A DNA stretch of 64,000 nucleotides from a virus (taxonomy: Duplodnaviria > Heunggongvirae > Uroviricota > Caudoviricetes): positions 198,607-262,606 of IMG/VR virus record IMGVR_UViG_3300029288_000054; one strand, 5' to 3'. This document shows positions 44,733 to 54,423 of the stretch, in pieces; the first letter of the stretch is position 1, and each line of letters begins with the position of its first letter. Position numbers and translations under genes: made by a program. The notes under the pieces are model-generated. The model worked only from the letters and a program-made list of their open reading frames with translations. It was not told the DNA's origin and made no database searches.

Positions 44733-45668
44733 ATGAAATCGGAAAATATTAATCGGCTCGACGAAGCACTGGAACTTGACCGCCAATACCTTATCATAGA
44801 GGGGTTATTGTCGGATCTTATCGCCACAAGTGTTTCTAAGATTCAGACTTATATAGCTGCTCGGGATAAGGTGGTCGAACAACTCGGCCTAAGAAATTAT
44901 ATCAATGCTGCCAGAGATTTAGAAGTATCACTTCTCGATGATTCTCCAGCAGCCGACGAATGGTGGCAAGCTGCGGCAACTGCCGTCGATAAGAAGCATG
45001 GTGGGAAGTCGACACCGCGAGAGCGTGCTGCCTTGATAGCTAAGATCAAGGCAAAAGTCAAGCCTCTGATCAACAGAGATATGGAGGATACAGAAGAGCG
45101 GTTAGCTGCCTACTACGCACAACGCACCGGTCAAGATGAAAAGAAAGTCGAGCGGCTATTTGATATTCTATTCGGCGATAGAGCTCCTAAACCTAGAAGG
45201 CGACGACGCGATTACGCTTACGCTGAAGACGTTTGGGATAAGGTCTCAGCTAGTCTTGATATGCTCGATCCGAAAAAGCGTGTAATGCGCGGTGCTCAGA
45301 TGATTCGGGCCAACAACAATGCACGAATCGCAACAATCGCAATCTCGATATTATCACAACAACTTGATACGATCAATGTTGATCGGAAGTTGAAAACCGC
45401 AAATAAGAAACCGCCGATACCATCTACGCAGCTCACGCAGAAGTATGAAATAGCTATGTTCATCAACAAGTGTATGCGTGATGCTAGCAAACTAGCGAAC
45501 AAAGATAAAGATCCCGGATATTGGGTTCAGAAGATACGCAATAAGGCAAAACGAATGGGGCTCAAAATCCAATTCAATAGAATGCCATTAAAACCGTATC
45601 CGACAAATTTCGAGGAATTTAGGCAACAGTACGGCAAACCTGTTTTGAAACCAGGTCACAAGGTTTAA
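44733..45668 (+). CDS. hypothetical protein
   Basis: 311 aa ORF. Confidence 0.4.
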   Translation: MKSENINRLDEALELDRQYLIIEGLLSDLIATSVSKIQTYIAARDKVVEQLGLRNYINAARDLEVSLLDDSPAADEWWQAAATAVDKKHGGKSTPRERAALIAKIKAKVKPLINRDMEDTEERLAAYYAQRTGQDEKKVERLFDILFGDRAPKPRRRRRDYAYAEDVWDKVSASLDMLDPKKRVMRGAQMIRANNNARIATIAISILSQQLDTINVDRKLKTANKKPPIPSTQLTQKYEIAMFINKCMRDASKLANKDKDPGYWVQKIRNKAKRMGLKIQFNRMPLKPYPTNFEEFRQQYGKPVLKPGHKV

Positions 45669-45670
45669 TT

Positions 45671-45934
45671 ATGAATCATCCATCAGTTCTATTGGGTTCA
45701 GGCTTCATTGGAGCTGCTGCGCAGCCGAAGATAACCATCAACCAAGTACCAGTGGTATCGGAGAAGAAAACGGGCACTATCAAGCCAGCCAACAGAGGGA
45801 AATTCACAGCCAAGGCCAAAAAGGCGGGCTTGAGCGTTCCAGCGATGGCGTCAAAGGCGTTGAAGCCCGGCAGTAAAGCTTCGAAGGCCACCAAGAAGCA
45901 AGCGGTTTTCGCTAAGAATGCCCAGAAGTGGTAG
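45671..45934 (+). CDS. basic Lys/Ala-rich small protein
   Basis: 87 aa. KAKKAGLSVPAMASKALKPGSKASKATKK. Confidence 0.4.
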   Translation: MNHPSVLLGSGFIGAAAQPKITINQVPVVSEKKTGTIKPANRGKFTAKAKKAGLSVPAMASKALKPGSKASKATKKQAVFAKNAQKW

Positions 45935-46286
45935 CCCATCGCTGCATAACAGCTTTATGCGTTGGGTTTGTCGACCATTTCAAGAACTTCTCTACGATCA
46001 CAGACCATTCGACATCTCCGTAGGTCTTGATCATATAGGCGATCATATTACGGTGCAATTTACGCAGCTCTGTAATCTCGTCATCGGTCTGTCTTAAAAC
46101 TACAGGCTTATGGCATCTGACAACTCTATATTCAGTGCCGTCGATAGTTATGACGAGAGATATCGTGATGATCCTAGAAATCGGATCATAGACGCCTATT
46201 AGTTCAGCTATACAGTTCGGAATATTTGAATTTCTAGCCAACTTTTCACGTAACCAAACGAGTCTCGTATCGAGTATGCTCGTCAT
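45912..46286 (-). CDS. hypothetical protein (ATGA overlap start at 46286)
   Basis: Internal Met MTSILDTRLVWL overlaps the upstream TGA. Confidence 0.35.
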   Translation of the reverse strand: MTSILDTRLVWLREKLARNSNIPNCIAELIGVYDPISRIITISLVITIDGTEYRVVRCHKPVVLRQTDDEITELRKLHRNMIAYMIKTYGDVEWSVIVEKFLKWSTNPTHKAVMQRWATTSGHS

Positions 46287-46498
46287 TCCATAATCACCCG
46301 ATTTGTAGCTTGGGCGATAAGGCTTTCTGCTGTGGCTCTTGGTAGCCCCTCCAAGATCGGCGTCCATTGACCGCCCTCTAAAATCTCGATCTTATAGGCC
46401 CCAGTGTTGATATCTTGTCCAGGCATTTGCATCGTTCTGATGCATTTTGAGCCTGCTTTACGCATTTGCATCATCGCTTCTGAAATATTGATTGCCAT
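46283..46498 (-). CDS. hypothetical small protein (start trimmed to ATG 46498)
   Basis: Internal Met MAINISEAMMQMRK begins after the stop of the upstream gene. Confidence 0.3.
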   Translation of the reverse strand: MAINISEAMMQMRKAGSKCIRTMQMPGQDINTGAYKIEILEGGQWTPILEGLPRATAESLIAQATNRVIME

Positions 46499-46514
46499 AT
46501 GATTGCTCCTGGCT

Positions 46515-47324
46515 TCAAAGTATTTTTGGTAACTGTATTCTTTGAAGTAACGCTTCAAAGGCGTCGAAAGCACGTAAAAATGTCTTGTCTTTTGTTGTCG
46601 CGTCTCCATACCGTCTACCAAGACCTGGTTCCAGGCAGAACCATCCAGAGAAATTAGATGCAAGAGCATCTGCTACTATGACATCTAATTGAGCATCGCC
46701 AAACCCTGCTGGTTTGGTTGCATCACCAGTTTTGAAATCGTGCACATCGATAAATGTGATTCTTGATTTCAAAAGGGACCAAAATTTTACGAATGGATTA
46801 GTTTTCGCTCTCATAACGAGCAACGCCGGATCGAATAACAAATTCAGTCGTCTGAACTTGTTAAGAAGAATCGCTATTGCCGCCGCTTGATTGTAAGATG
46901 AATTCGTTTCTGGTTCGAATAGCAGTTGTACGTCATATGATATGCTTAACCCAGAGGCCGTAGATAGCCATTTCTGGATCAGCTCATTATCATCCTTATC
47001 TGACATTGTACCGACGCCGATTCGAACGGCTTTGCATTTCAAGTATTTGCATATCTGCATCGCCCTGACGAGTTTTGGCTCTTCCGCCGCTAGTTGATTT
47101 GGATTGATACAACCAATTTCGGTATGCAGAAGAACTGGCGTAAGGTTGTGCTTATGCAGTATGCCATCAAGTATACTGATGGCATTATCCGGCATATTGT
47201 AGATGTCGCGACACCAACCACGCCGCAAGCAAACGCCGGTGATCTTCTTCGACGCTAATAGTTCACCGGCCTTATCTGGATCATCAAAAATTTCGTCAGT
47301 ATATACTGCCAATTTGACGTTCAT
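46515..47324 (-). CDS. xylose-isomerase-like TIM-barrel (sugar phosphate isomerase/epimerase family) protein
   Basis: 269 aa. Alternating pattern with conserved acidic/His positions (LLFEPET, IDVHD, CLEPG). Confidence 0.4.
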   Translation of the reverse strand: MNVKLAVYTDEIFDDPDKAGELLASKKITGVCLRRGWCRDIYNMPDNAISILDGILHKHNLTPVLLHTEIGCINPNQLAAEEPKLVRAMQICKYLKCKAVRIGVGTMSDKDDNELIQKWLSTASGLSISYDVQLLFEPETNSSYNQAAAIAILLNKFRRLNLLFDPALLVMRAKTNPFVKFWSLLKSRITFIDVHDFKTGDATKPAGFGDAQLDVIVADALASNFSGWFCLEPGLGRRYGDATTKDKTFLRAFDAFEALLQRIQLPKIL

Positions 47325-48556
47325 AGCTCAACTATCTGGCTGTGCTTTGGGCCTGTCCGCAGCCAATGCAATCCATAGAACATTGATTTTTCGAATGGGT
47401 CGTCATCACAAGAGTAGTTGCCGTTATTTTCAAGCACAGGCAACAGGTGTAGCTTCAGCCAACGAGTAACCTTCGGGGTGAGAACATCGCCAACTGTAGT
47501 CTTGCCCTTGACCGCCCTGTCGACGAAGTTGATGAAATTAAGGCTGTAGAGTACATGACCCGATTTGAGCAAACCGCCAGCCAGAGCATTAACATATTTT
47601 GCTCGTTCGGTCGGGAATTCAAAGATTCGTCTGACCTTCTTTGTTACTGATGTCATCATAGCATAGCGATACTCTTCGACGAATTCGTCGAAGTTATCAT
47701 AGCCTGCTTGTTTGGCGATATCTTCCCAGCCGATTTCTCTGGCCTCCCAATAGTTGCCGGTATAACACTGCTCGCCGGTAGCTGCCGATGTATTGCTAAT
47801 ACGAATTGGATTGGTGCGTAGGTTGATGACTACATTCGTTACAGCTCTTCCTGGCAATCCGGCGTCGGCCACTAATTGCGTTGGATGTGTCTGCCGAGAT
47901 GTGCAGTATGGATATTCAGCGAAATTGAGGTCAAGATCGATGCCTTGCGATCCTTCAATCAGAACCCGCATGCCTTGTTTCGCGATACCACGATTTAGCT
48001 CCATGGTCAGATCGGCGATAGTGCAGAATTCACGGAGTTCTTCGTAGTCTCGTGCCAATTTCTGTTGCGGTAGCCGCATCGCCTTTGCGGCTAAGGCAGC
48101 CCCACATCCTTTGAATGTGCTACCTGTCTTGATGGTGTCGCGTTCGTATTGTTTATTCTCCTCTGTGATCACATTGGCAAGAGGATGAATAGTCAATCTT
48201 TCACGAACAGGGAAACCGAGCGATTCCAGATTTGCGACTTCACTGAATAGCGTCTTTAGATCGATCGCAGCGCCGGCGTTGATATAGAGCCGTGTATTCT
48301 TGTTAATGAATGCAGATGGGATATGTTGGACTAATATCCGCGTGCCGTCATCTAACTCCGTGTAGTGGCCAGCGTTCGTCATCCAATTGTTGGTAGCTAA
48401 GTGGAAATCGTATTTATCAGCTAACCATGAATTGAGGGAACCTTTCCCAGATGACCCAGCACCACCGTCAGTTGTGACAACCACCATTTCCCCGTTTGGG
48501 CCTGGTGTGAATGGATGCACTGGTGTTGTTCTGTGGTTTAGATAGCTAGCTGGCAT
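47321..48556 (-). CDS. divergent PurA-fold protein lacking the catalytic Asp13 motif
   Basis: 411 aa. VVVTTDGGAGSSGKGSL where PurA has GDEGKGK, then WMTNAGHYTELDDGTRILVQHIPSAF, collinear with PurA QGGHNAGHTL..LHLIPSGI, and IKTGSTFKGCGAA for IGTTGRGIGPA. Confidence 0.6.
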   Translation of the reverse strand: MPASYLNHRTTPVHPFTPGPNGEMVVVTTDGGAGSSGKGSLNSWLADKYDFHLATNNWMTNAGHYTELDDGTRILVQHIPSAFINKNTRLYINAGAAIDLKTLFSEVANLESLGFPVRERLTIHPLANVITEENKQYERDTIKTGSTFKGCGAALAAKAMRLPQQKLARDYEELREFCTIADLTMELNRGIAKQGMRVLIEGSQGIDLDLNFAEYPYCTSRQTHPTQLVADAGLPGRAVTNVVINLRTNPIRISNTSAATGEQCYTGNYWEAREIGWEDIAKQAGYDNFDEFVEEYRYAMMTSVTKKVRRIFEFPTERAKYVNALAGGLLKSGHVLYSLNFINFVDRAVKGKTTVGDVLTPKVTRWLKLHLLPVLENNGNYSCDDDPFEKSMFYGLHWLRTGPKHSQIVEL

Positions 48557-48569
48557 ATTTCCCTCTTAG

Positions 48570-48818
48570 TTAATCTGTTTGGTCGACTGGTTTCATCCAA
48601 TCTTTACGTACGCTGACGTCACGTTCTCGCTCTTCCTTGCGGCAAGTTGTCTTATTGCAATGCTCGCACTGGTCGTTGATATGCTCGACCCATTTAACAT
48701 GTACCGTATACCATTCCTCAGATGTTTGTGTAACCACAGTACCAACTGCTGGCATGCGGATACCATGGCCGCACATCTGAGTGATTACAACTACATCACC
48801 GTTCTTAAATGCACTCAT
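48570..48818 (-). CDS. hypothetical Cys-rich small protein
   Basis: 82 aa ORF. Confidence 0.35.
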   Translation of the reverse strand: MSAFKNGDVVVITQMCGHGIRMPAVGTVVTQTSEEWYTVHVKWVEHINDQCEHCNKTTCRKEERERDVSVRKDWMKPVDQTD

Positions 48819-48879
48819 TTTACCCTCGCTTGATACTTGATCTACCTATAGAATACATACGCAGAGGTCGCGTAATAGA

Positions 48880-49221
48880 TCAGACCAACACAGCTTGGAC
48901 ATCGTAGCCGTCTGCGGCCCAGACGTTGATTTGGTCGCTGTGTTTAGTTTGGCTGGCGACTCTTACCGCTCTTGGTAGAGGTAGAATTTCGATTACTTCG
49001 TCAGAGATCCCGCCGCGATTTATGGGTCGCTTGACTGCTACTCGATTATTCTGTTGAAGTCTCTGCTTGATCCTGATTGCTGTTTGGACTTGTTCAAGAT
49101 CATGCAGAAGTATGGTCAAACTTTGCCCAAGCTTCGCTTCTAATACTGCGAGCCATCGATCAGATTTGATCAATAGTTCAGCGTTGTCGCCAAGTTCATC
49201 AATGATGTCGAATTCGATCAT
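48880..49221 (-). CDS. hypothetical protein
   Basis: 113 aa ORF. Confidence 0.35.
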   Translation of the reverse strand: MIEFDIIDELGDNAELLIKSDRWLAVLEAKLGQSLTILLHDLEQVQTAIRIKQRLQQNNRVAVKRPINRGGISDEVIEILPLPRAVRVASQTKHSDQINVWAADGYDVQAVLV

Positions 49222-49224
49222 TTT

Positions 49225-49440
49225 CTATCCCCCGATGTTTGGTTGCCCTTCCTCAACCTCCACCATCCAATGCGTCGGCATCCACACCAGCTTCCCTAAT
49301 AATTCAATTCTACAAAATCCGTTGCCGATTTCGCGAACGATACCTATTTCATTATGCCAAACGTGTTGTTGGTTATAAATGCGCACCAACATCCCAATTT
49401 TGACGGTACTACTGGTCATCGCGATAACCACAAGCAGCAA
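49225..49440 (-). CDS. hypothetical protein
   Basis: 71 aa ORF. Confidence 0.35.
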   Translation of the reverse strand: MLLVVIAMTSSTVKIGMLVRIYNQQHVWHNEIGIVREIGNGFCRIELLGKLVWMPTHWMVEVEEGQPNIGG

Positions 49441-49446
49441 TCACAA

Positions 49447-50136
49447 TTATTTAAATATCTTTTCGATTTTGGATGGATTATCTCTAAGCTCCTTGATGAT
49501 GGTCTGAGCTTGTTTGAGACTAACTCCATACCGGTGCGCCTTACATGAGGCTATGATCTTAGCCGAATTGATGTTACCGCATAGCTTTATCGGCCTATTA
49601 ATGCATGCTTGTATCGCTGCTAGAGACGCATTATGGGCGGATATATTAGCCTTGGCTTGAGCACACCGAAGATTGATGTCGGATCGCAGCAAGTTTGGTG
49701 CTGGTATTTCTTTAATCGCCGTACAGAGATTATCGATATCAGATTGTTCTCTGGACAAGCAACCAAGAACGAATCTGATTTCTTGCACTCGTGGCAAGTG
49801 CTGCCTAATGAATGCAGTTATGGCAAGTGTCTCTGCCTTGGTTTCACCTGGAGACTTAACTCCCAATGCGATTTCAAATCCGTCGCACGATAAAGCGTGG
49901 ATAGACATCGTATGGAATTTGCTGACTCCAGATTTGTCGCCTTTTGGCCAATCCACTGTGGTCAGAATTCTATATGCTGCCTGTCTTTTAACACGCTGCA
50001 TTGAGGCGTCGGCGACGAGATCTGGGTGGACAACTATCGCTCCCATTTTATAGACGTGAGCGAGTTCCATAGCCTCGTTCAGTTCACTTGTCTGCATTAT
50101 GTCGAGTTCAAGTTTTTGGCTTATATAATATAGCAT
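49447..50136 (-). CDS. hypothetical protein
   Basis: 229 aa ORF. Confidence 0.4.
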   Translation of the reverse strand: MLYYISQKLELDIMQTSELNEAMELAHVYKMGAIVVHPDLVADASMQRVKRQAAYRILTTVDWPKGDKSGVSKFHTMSIHALSCDGFEIALGVKSPGETKAETLAITAFIRQHLPRVQEIRFVLGCLSREQSDIDNLCTAIKEIPAPNLLRSDINLRCAQAKANISAHNASLAAIQACINRPIKLCGNINSAKIIASCKAHRYGVSLKQAQTIIKELRDNPSKIEKIFK

Positions 50137-50218
50137 TTTCTGTGTCCGGTTTTTAGGATGTTGTCATTTCAAATACATGACAACTATCAGAAAACAATAC
50201 TAACACAGATATAAGAAA

Positions 50219-50578
50219 TTAAATAGCGGCAATAATTATGTCGTTTGTGGTAATAACGACATCTGATAGTTTTTGCCAGCTCATCCCACCACCAGACTCA
50301 TAAATCTGTGCTGGTATATCGACTAAATATTGCTCGTTATCTCTTGAAACGATCAGATTGGCGTGATCGTCGCCTTCCCAACCGCCGTCTTCTAGCTCGC
50401 AATCAATATTAGATGAGATTACGTCTGCTATAGCTCTTTGTACTTCATCACAAATGCCGCCGCCACCGAACTGCTCATCGAGACCTTCTTCGTCTTGGGT
50501 CCAATCGTCATAGACCTTTTGTGCTGCTATTACTATCTGATCTCGAATAGCATACAGCTCATCGACGAGTTGCATCAT
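50219..50578 (-). CDS. hypothetical acidic protein
   Basis: 119 aa ORF. Confidence 0.35.
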   Translation of the reverse strand: MMQLVDELYAIRDQIVIAAQKVYDDWTQDEEGLDEQFGGGGICDEVQRAIADVISSNIDCELEDGGWEGDDHANLIVSRDNEQYLVDIPAQIYESGGGMSWQKLSDVVITTNDIIIAAI

Positions 50579-50772
50579 TTAGGCTTCTTGATTTCGACGT
50601 TCTGCTTTTGAGTGTGTCCGGGGATCGGATTGTGGACAGCGAATTCAGTGCCAACCGATAGTTGGTTGTAAGCAGTGCCGCCACCATGCGGACCAGCAAA
50701 TGTCTTCTGCTGTTTTGTACCTTCCGGTACTACCGGCTTCGATGGCATTTTGTTCTGATCTAGCATGGTCAT
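50575..50772 (-). CDS. hypothetical small protein
   Basis: 65 aa ORF. Confidence 0.3.
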   Translation of the reverse strand: MTMLDQNKMPSKPVVPEGTKQQKTFAGPHGGGTAYNQLSVGTEFAVHNPIPGHTQKQNVEIKKPK

Positions 50773-51398
50773 CTCCCTAAACCGTAGGCTATTAAATCGA
50801 CATTTATATTTTTGATGTCAATGTCGAAATGGGTTAAGATGTCGTCAATAGCATGCCTAGCGAATTTCACTCTATTGACGCCCGGCAAGTAGTGAAAACT
50901 CACAGGCTCTATTGGTTCTGTTTCGTCAAGGATTGTGATAGTTGGTGGGTTGACGTCATTAAGACGCTGGTAGGCGATACCATATTCGAAATTTGTACCC
51001 CGTCCAGTAGGGACTATTATTAGTACATAAGATGCAGTCGATATACCCTCATATTCACGTAAGGCTTTTTGACGCAAAGAATCTGGGTCGACATCTCTTG
51101 GTGTCTTGCCTGCGGTAATTTCCTCTCCCCATATTGTCCAATCAAAAGCTATTGGGATCTGTAAGCTTTTGAAGAAGTCAATGAATGCTCTGGCACGTTT
51201 CCAATTTGATAATGTCGTTGCGACATATATCGATTTATCTCTATCCCAGGAGATAACGTGCCAACTATCGGTGAGATCGCCATTGAACTCCATCGACCAA
51301 TAATAATTACCACCACATTTCTCACATCTACCGTCAATCCATACGGCTGCGGAAAATTCCGAGCTGCAATACGGGCAAGTGAGTTCTTGGGTTATCAT
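50769..51398 (-). CDS. nucleoside 2-deoxyribosyltransferase-like protein with N-terminal zinc ribbon
   Basis: 209 aa. CPYCS...CEKCGG, then YVLIIVPTGRGTNFEYGIAYQ matching the NDT-family DxGTxFExGyA segment. Confidence 0.45.
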   Translation of the reverse strand: MITQELTCPYCSSEFSAAVWIDGRCEKCGGNYYWSMEFNGDLTDSWHVISWDRDKSIYVATTLSNWKRARAFIDFFKSLQIPIAFDWTIWGEEITAGKTPRDVDPDSLRQKALREYEGISTASYVLIIVPTGRGTNFEYGIAYQRLNDVNPPTITILDETEPIEPVSFHYLPGVNRVKFARHAIDDILTHFDIDIKNINVDLIAYGLGR

Positions 51399-51405
51399 AA
51401 ATTAT

Positions 51406-52347
51406 CTACACATCATTACAGATTATGTCTATAGCTTGGTGATGATCTAATTTGTTGAATCTATTGGTAAAATCGAATCGATTATATGAACTACAAAAAT
51501 AGAACTTGTGTCTAGTTTCTGGCGGTAATGTACGACTCGCATCTTCATAATATCTTGCTTCTTCGATGAACCTCTTCTTACGGCTGTCTGCTGTGCAGTC
51601 TAAGTTTTGGCCATAGAAATGCAACATTTCTTTACCATCAACAACCACGGCTCCCATATCAATACCGAAAATATATATCTTATCGTAACCTAGCCATAAT
51701 GCTACTTGCATTGCTGCATAAACGCTTGATCTACCAATATGGAATCCGCTTGCTAAGTCTGTACTAAATCCGAAACCAGGAATATTCTTAATGAAGATTG
51801 TCCCTGGTCTGATATCTTGAATCATCGTAGAATTGAAAATGTAACCGTTATATCTCGACCATAAATCATTATGTCGTTTCAGTTGCGAGATATCACAGAA
51901 CAACCAATACTTCGTCGGCCAAATACGTGTATCTGGTTTGTTGATTGACATAATATCGACACGCGGATTGACAAGCAATCGTGTTGTATCAACTTCAAGT
52001 ACACTAGGACCGTTAGCAATAATTGCTAGTACCCGCCCGACACACGAATTACGTAATTCGCGCAGCTTTCTGGTACTGGCTTCTGGCGGATCGCGCGTGA
52101 CGACCTTGACTATAGGCTTATTGACTCTGCCTGGCTGTTGTTTTGCTGCAACACCCCTCTTAGGCATTACTGGTGGTCGACGAGGCGGCTGCGGAGCGAC
52201 CGGAATCACAGCCTGCGGCCTCATGACAGCTCGCAGAGCTTTTGTGACGGACGGCTGCGGGCGAACCGCTGGTCTAGCAGCTCGCGGTAAAACGATCTCG
52301 CGTCTTGTATTATTGCTTATTGGTCGGACTCTTAAGTTTAAAATCAT
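51406..52347 (-). CDS. CstII-like (GT42) sialyltransferase / DUF115 (MAF) family protein
   Basis: 313 aa. IIANGPS and GRSSVYAAMQVALWLGYDKIYIFGIDMG parallel the CstII segments AGNGPS and TSGVYMCAVAIALGYKEIYLSGIDFY. Pro/Arg-rich low-complexity N-terminus. Confidence 0.5.
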   Translation of the reverse strand: MILNLRVRPISNNTRREIVLPRAARPAVRPQPSVTKALRAVMRPQAVIPVAPQPPRRPPVMPKRGVAAKQQPGRVNKPIVKVVTRDPPEASTRKLRELRNSCVGRVLAIIANGPSVLEVDTTRLLVNPRVDIMSINKPDTRIWPTKYWLFCDISQLKRHNDLWSRYNGYIFNSTMIQDIRPGTIFIKNIPGFGFSTDLASGFHIGRSSVYAAMQVALWLGYDKIYIFGIDMGAVVVDGKEMLHFYGQNLDCTADSRKKRFIEEARYYEDASRTLPPETRHKFYFCSSYNRFDFTNRFNKLDHHQAIDIICNDV

Positions 52348-52381
52348 AAACTAATATTTTCCGCCAACAAGCGAAGAGGCT

Positions 52382-53026
52382 TCAACGATTGATCTTGACA
52401 CGAGAGCGCAGACCTGCTCTACTACAGGCTCGCACCGCGCCGGTATCTTCGATCACGAGGTTATCAGCGAAGGCAGAGAAGTTCTTTCTTTGCCTGGTAT
52501 CCTTACTTAATATACTATATATACAACGATGGATTGTTGTAGTCAAGAGATTGAAAACGGGAGCCCTGCCCGGAGTGTACTTGAGCTTGCCACGAGCAAT
52601 TTTGCTAATGACTTGAACAAGCGCGTCGCTGGCAAGGTTGTTTGTCTCCTCTGCAGACTGCTGGTTGAATTTACTAGCCACGCCCTGGCACATCTTCGCG
52701 ATGTCTTGCAGCATAGCTTGCCAACTCGCAGTCGTCGACTGCTCGCGATAATACCCTTGTTCTTTAATCTGCTCTGTGGTAAGATTACTTGGCAAAACCC
52801 AAGTGACTTGATCGCCAATAGTGCAGAAACTTATGTTCCCAGGAATGATGTGGTGCAGGCGTGTCGTGTAGCAAGGATCCTGTATTTCACTATCCGGCAG
52901 CATACCTATTATGAGAGTCCAAAGCACACCTTTAATTCGCAGTTGTTCAATGCTCGGTGTATCACTAGAGACGAGCCACTCGAACCAGTTTCGTTCGAGT
53001 ACCTGTGTGTCGCAATATTTCGCCAT
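52382..53026 (-). CDS. hypothetical protein
   Basis: 214 aa ORF. Confidence 0.4.
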   Translation of the reverse strand: MAKYCDTQVLERNWFEWLVSSDTPSIEQLRIKGVLWTLIIGMLPDSEIQDPCYTTRLHHIIPGNISFCTIGDQVTWVLPSNLTTEQIKEQGYYREQSTTASWQAMLQDIAKMCQGVASKFNQQSAEETNNLASDALVQVISKIARGKLKYTPGRAPVFNLLTTTIHRCIYSILSKDTRQRKNFSAFADNLVIEDTGAVRACSRAGLRSRVKINR

Positions 53027-53076
53027 CGTCGAGAATTCCCTTTCTGTTTTTCTAATACACGCGAAGGAATGTTTGT

Positions 53077-54423
53077 ATGTCCAAAGTAAGACAAGTTCCG
53101 GAGGTCTTCTTACGCGGTTCGCTCGCCAATGTTACAATGCGAGGACTGACCGAGGAGCAGCAGGCTAGAATAGAGCAATTAATGATTACAGTTGGAGAGC
53201 ATGAAGTGCTCGCCGGGCATCGGCAAGAATTCATTTACCAACTAGGATCAACAATAGCAGCCGATTACCACGACAACATCAATGCGGCTCAAGAAGAATT
53301 TCGCATAGCAGTCTGGCGTGGTCTTGTTCATCTCCTCTATCACACCGATTATAATTTCGAATGTTCTCTGTGCCATAATACTTCTTTCGTCAGCCAGAGC
53401 AATCGACTCACTCCTTTCAATCGACGCTTCGATTTCTGCCCATCTTGTCACGCATGTCTGATATCTGACCCAGGCGACAGCATATTTGAAGCGGGTGCTT
53501 CGTTGTCGCAGGACGAATATCTGTTCATGGTGGATCGGATGGAACGTGAAAGTAAACGCCCGCCGACAATCAAGAGCCCAATCCTGGCGATTCACGGAGC
53601 CCCAAAAGTCGAAGACCCAGAACGAATCCTCAACGACCCGGAGCAACTGAAGAAGTTCTTCGGGTCTTTCATTTGGAATTATTTCAGGCAGATTTTGCTT
53701 GAAAATCCGATAACCAAGCATCAGAAACGCACGATAGGATTGTTTGGTCCAACCGACAAGACTGCCGCTGATGCAATCAATCTGCTATTGGCTGATCTTA
53801 AAGCCTTTCACGTTTACCACGGAGTCCCAGAACGCAATCCGTCATTCCCAATCGATGACGCCTGCTATGCTATCTCATGTGATCCGATGCTGCTATCTCC
53901 ATCTGATTTCTATCCAAGATTCTGGGAGATCAAGGAACGCCTCTTGTCTCTCGGTGGAGAGGTCGTCATCAGCCCCAACTATATTGTCATCCGCGACATG
54001 CAGGGGCAGGCACCTTACACCGAATTTGCCGCATCTGTAAACTCAGAAGTTCAAATTGTGAATAATGTCGTTGGCCACCGAGACGATGACGGTGACTCAA
54101 TCGATGTCATATCGCAATTAGAGGACCAACACATGCTAGAAGATAGCACGAATGCCGTCGAAGTACGTGAGATCATTGCTCATGTGCAAGGCTGCTTGCC
54201 AGATGGTCACTGCCAAGCAGTCTTTCAATTATTGTCTGGTACCGGCCCAATCTACCAAGATTTCGTTCGGCAATTCCCAGATACGCCAAAGGTAAATCAA
54301 GGAATTCCACACAATAACCGTATGGCGAAATTCCTTGGATGCACACCGAAGGATATCAAGCAGTACCAACAAACCATTGGGCTGCAATTGATCGCACATG
54401 GTGTGGCCGTTGGGACCGATTAA
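53077..54423 (+). CDS. hypothetical protein
   Basis: 448 aa ORF. Lone plus-strand gene between minus blocks. Confidence 0.45.
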   Translation: MSKVRQVPEVFLRGSLANVTMRGLTEEQQARIEQLMITVGEHEVLAGHRQEFIYQLGSTIAADYHDNINAAQEEFRIAVWRGLVHLLYHTDYNFECSLCHNTSFVSQSNRLTPFNRRFDFCPSCHACLISDPGDSIFEAGASLSQDEYLFMVDRMERESKRPPTIKSPILAIHGAPKVEDPERILNDPEQLKKFFGSFIWNYFRQILLENPITKHQKRTIGLFGPTDKTAADAINLLLADLKAFHVYHGVPERNPSFPIDDACYAISCDPMLLSPSDFYPRFWEIKERLLSLGGEVVISPNYIVIRDMQGQAPYTEFAASVNSEVQIVNNVVGHRDDDGDSIDVISQLEDQHMLEDSTNAVEVREIIAHVQGCLPDGHCQAVFQLLSGTGPIYQDFVRQFPDTPKVNQGIPHNNRMAKFLGCTPKDIKQYQQTIGLQLIAHGVAVGTD

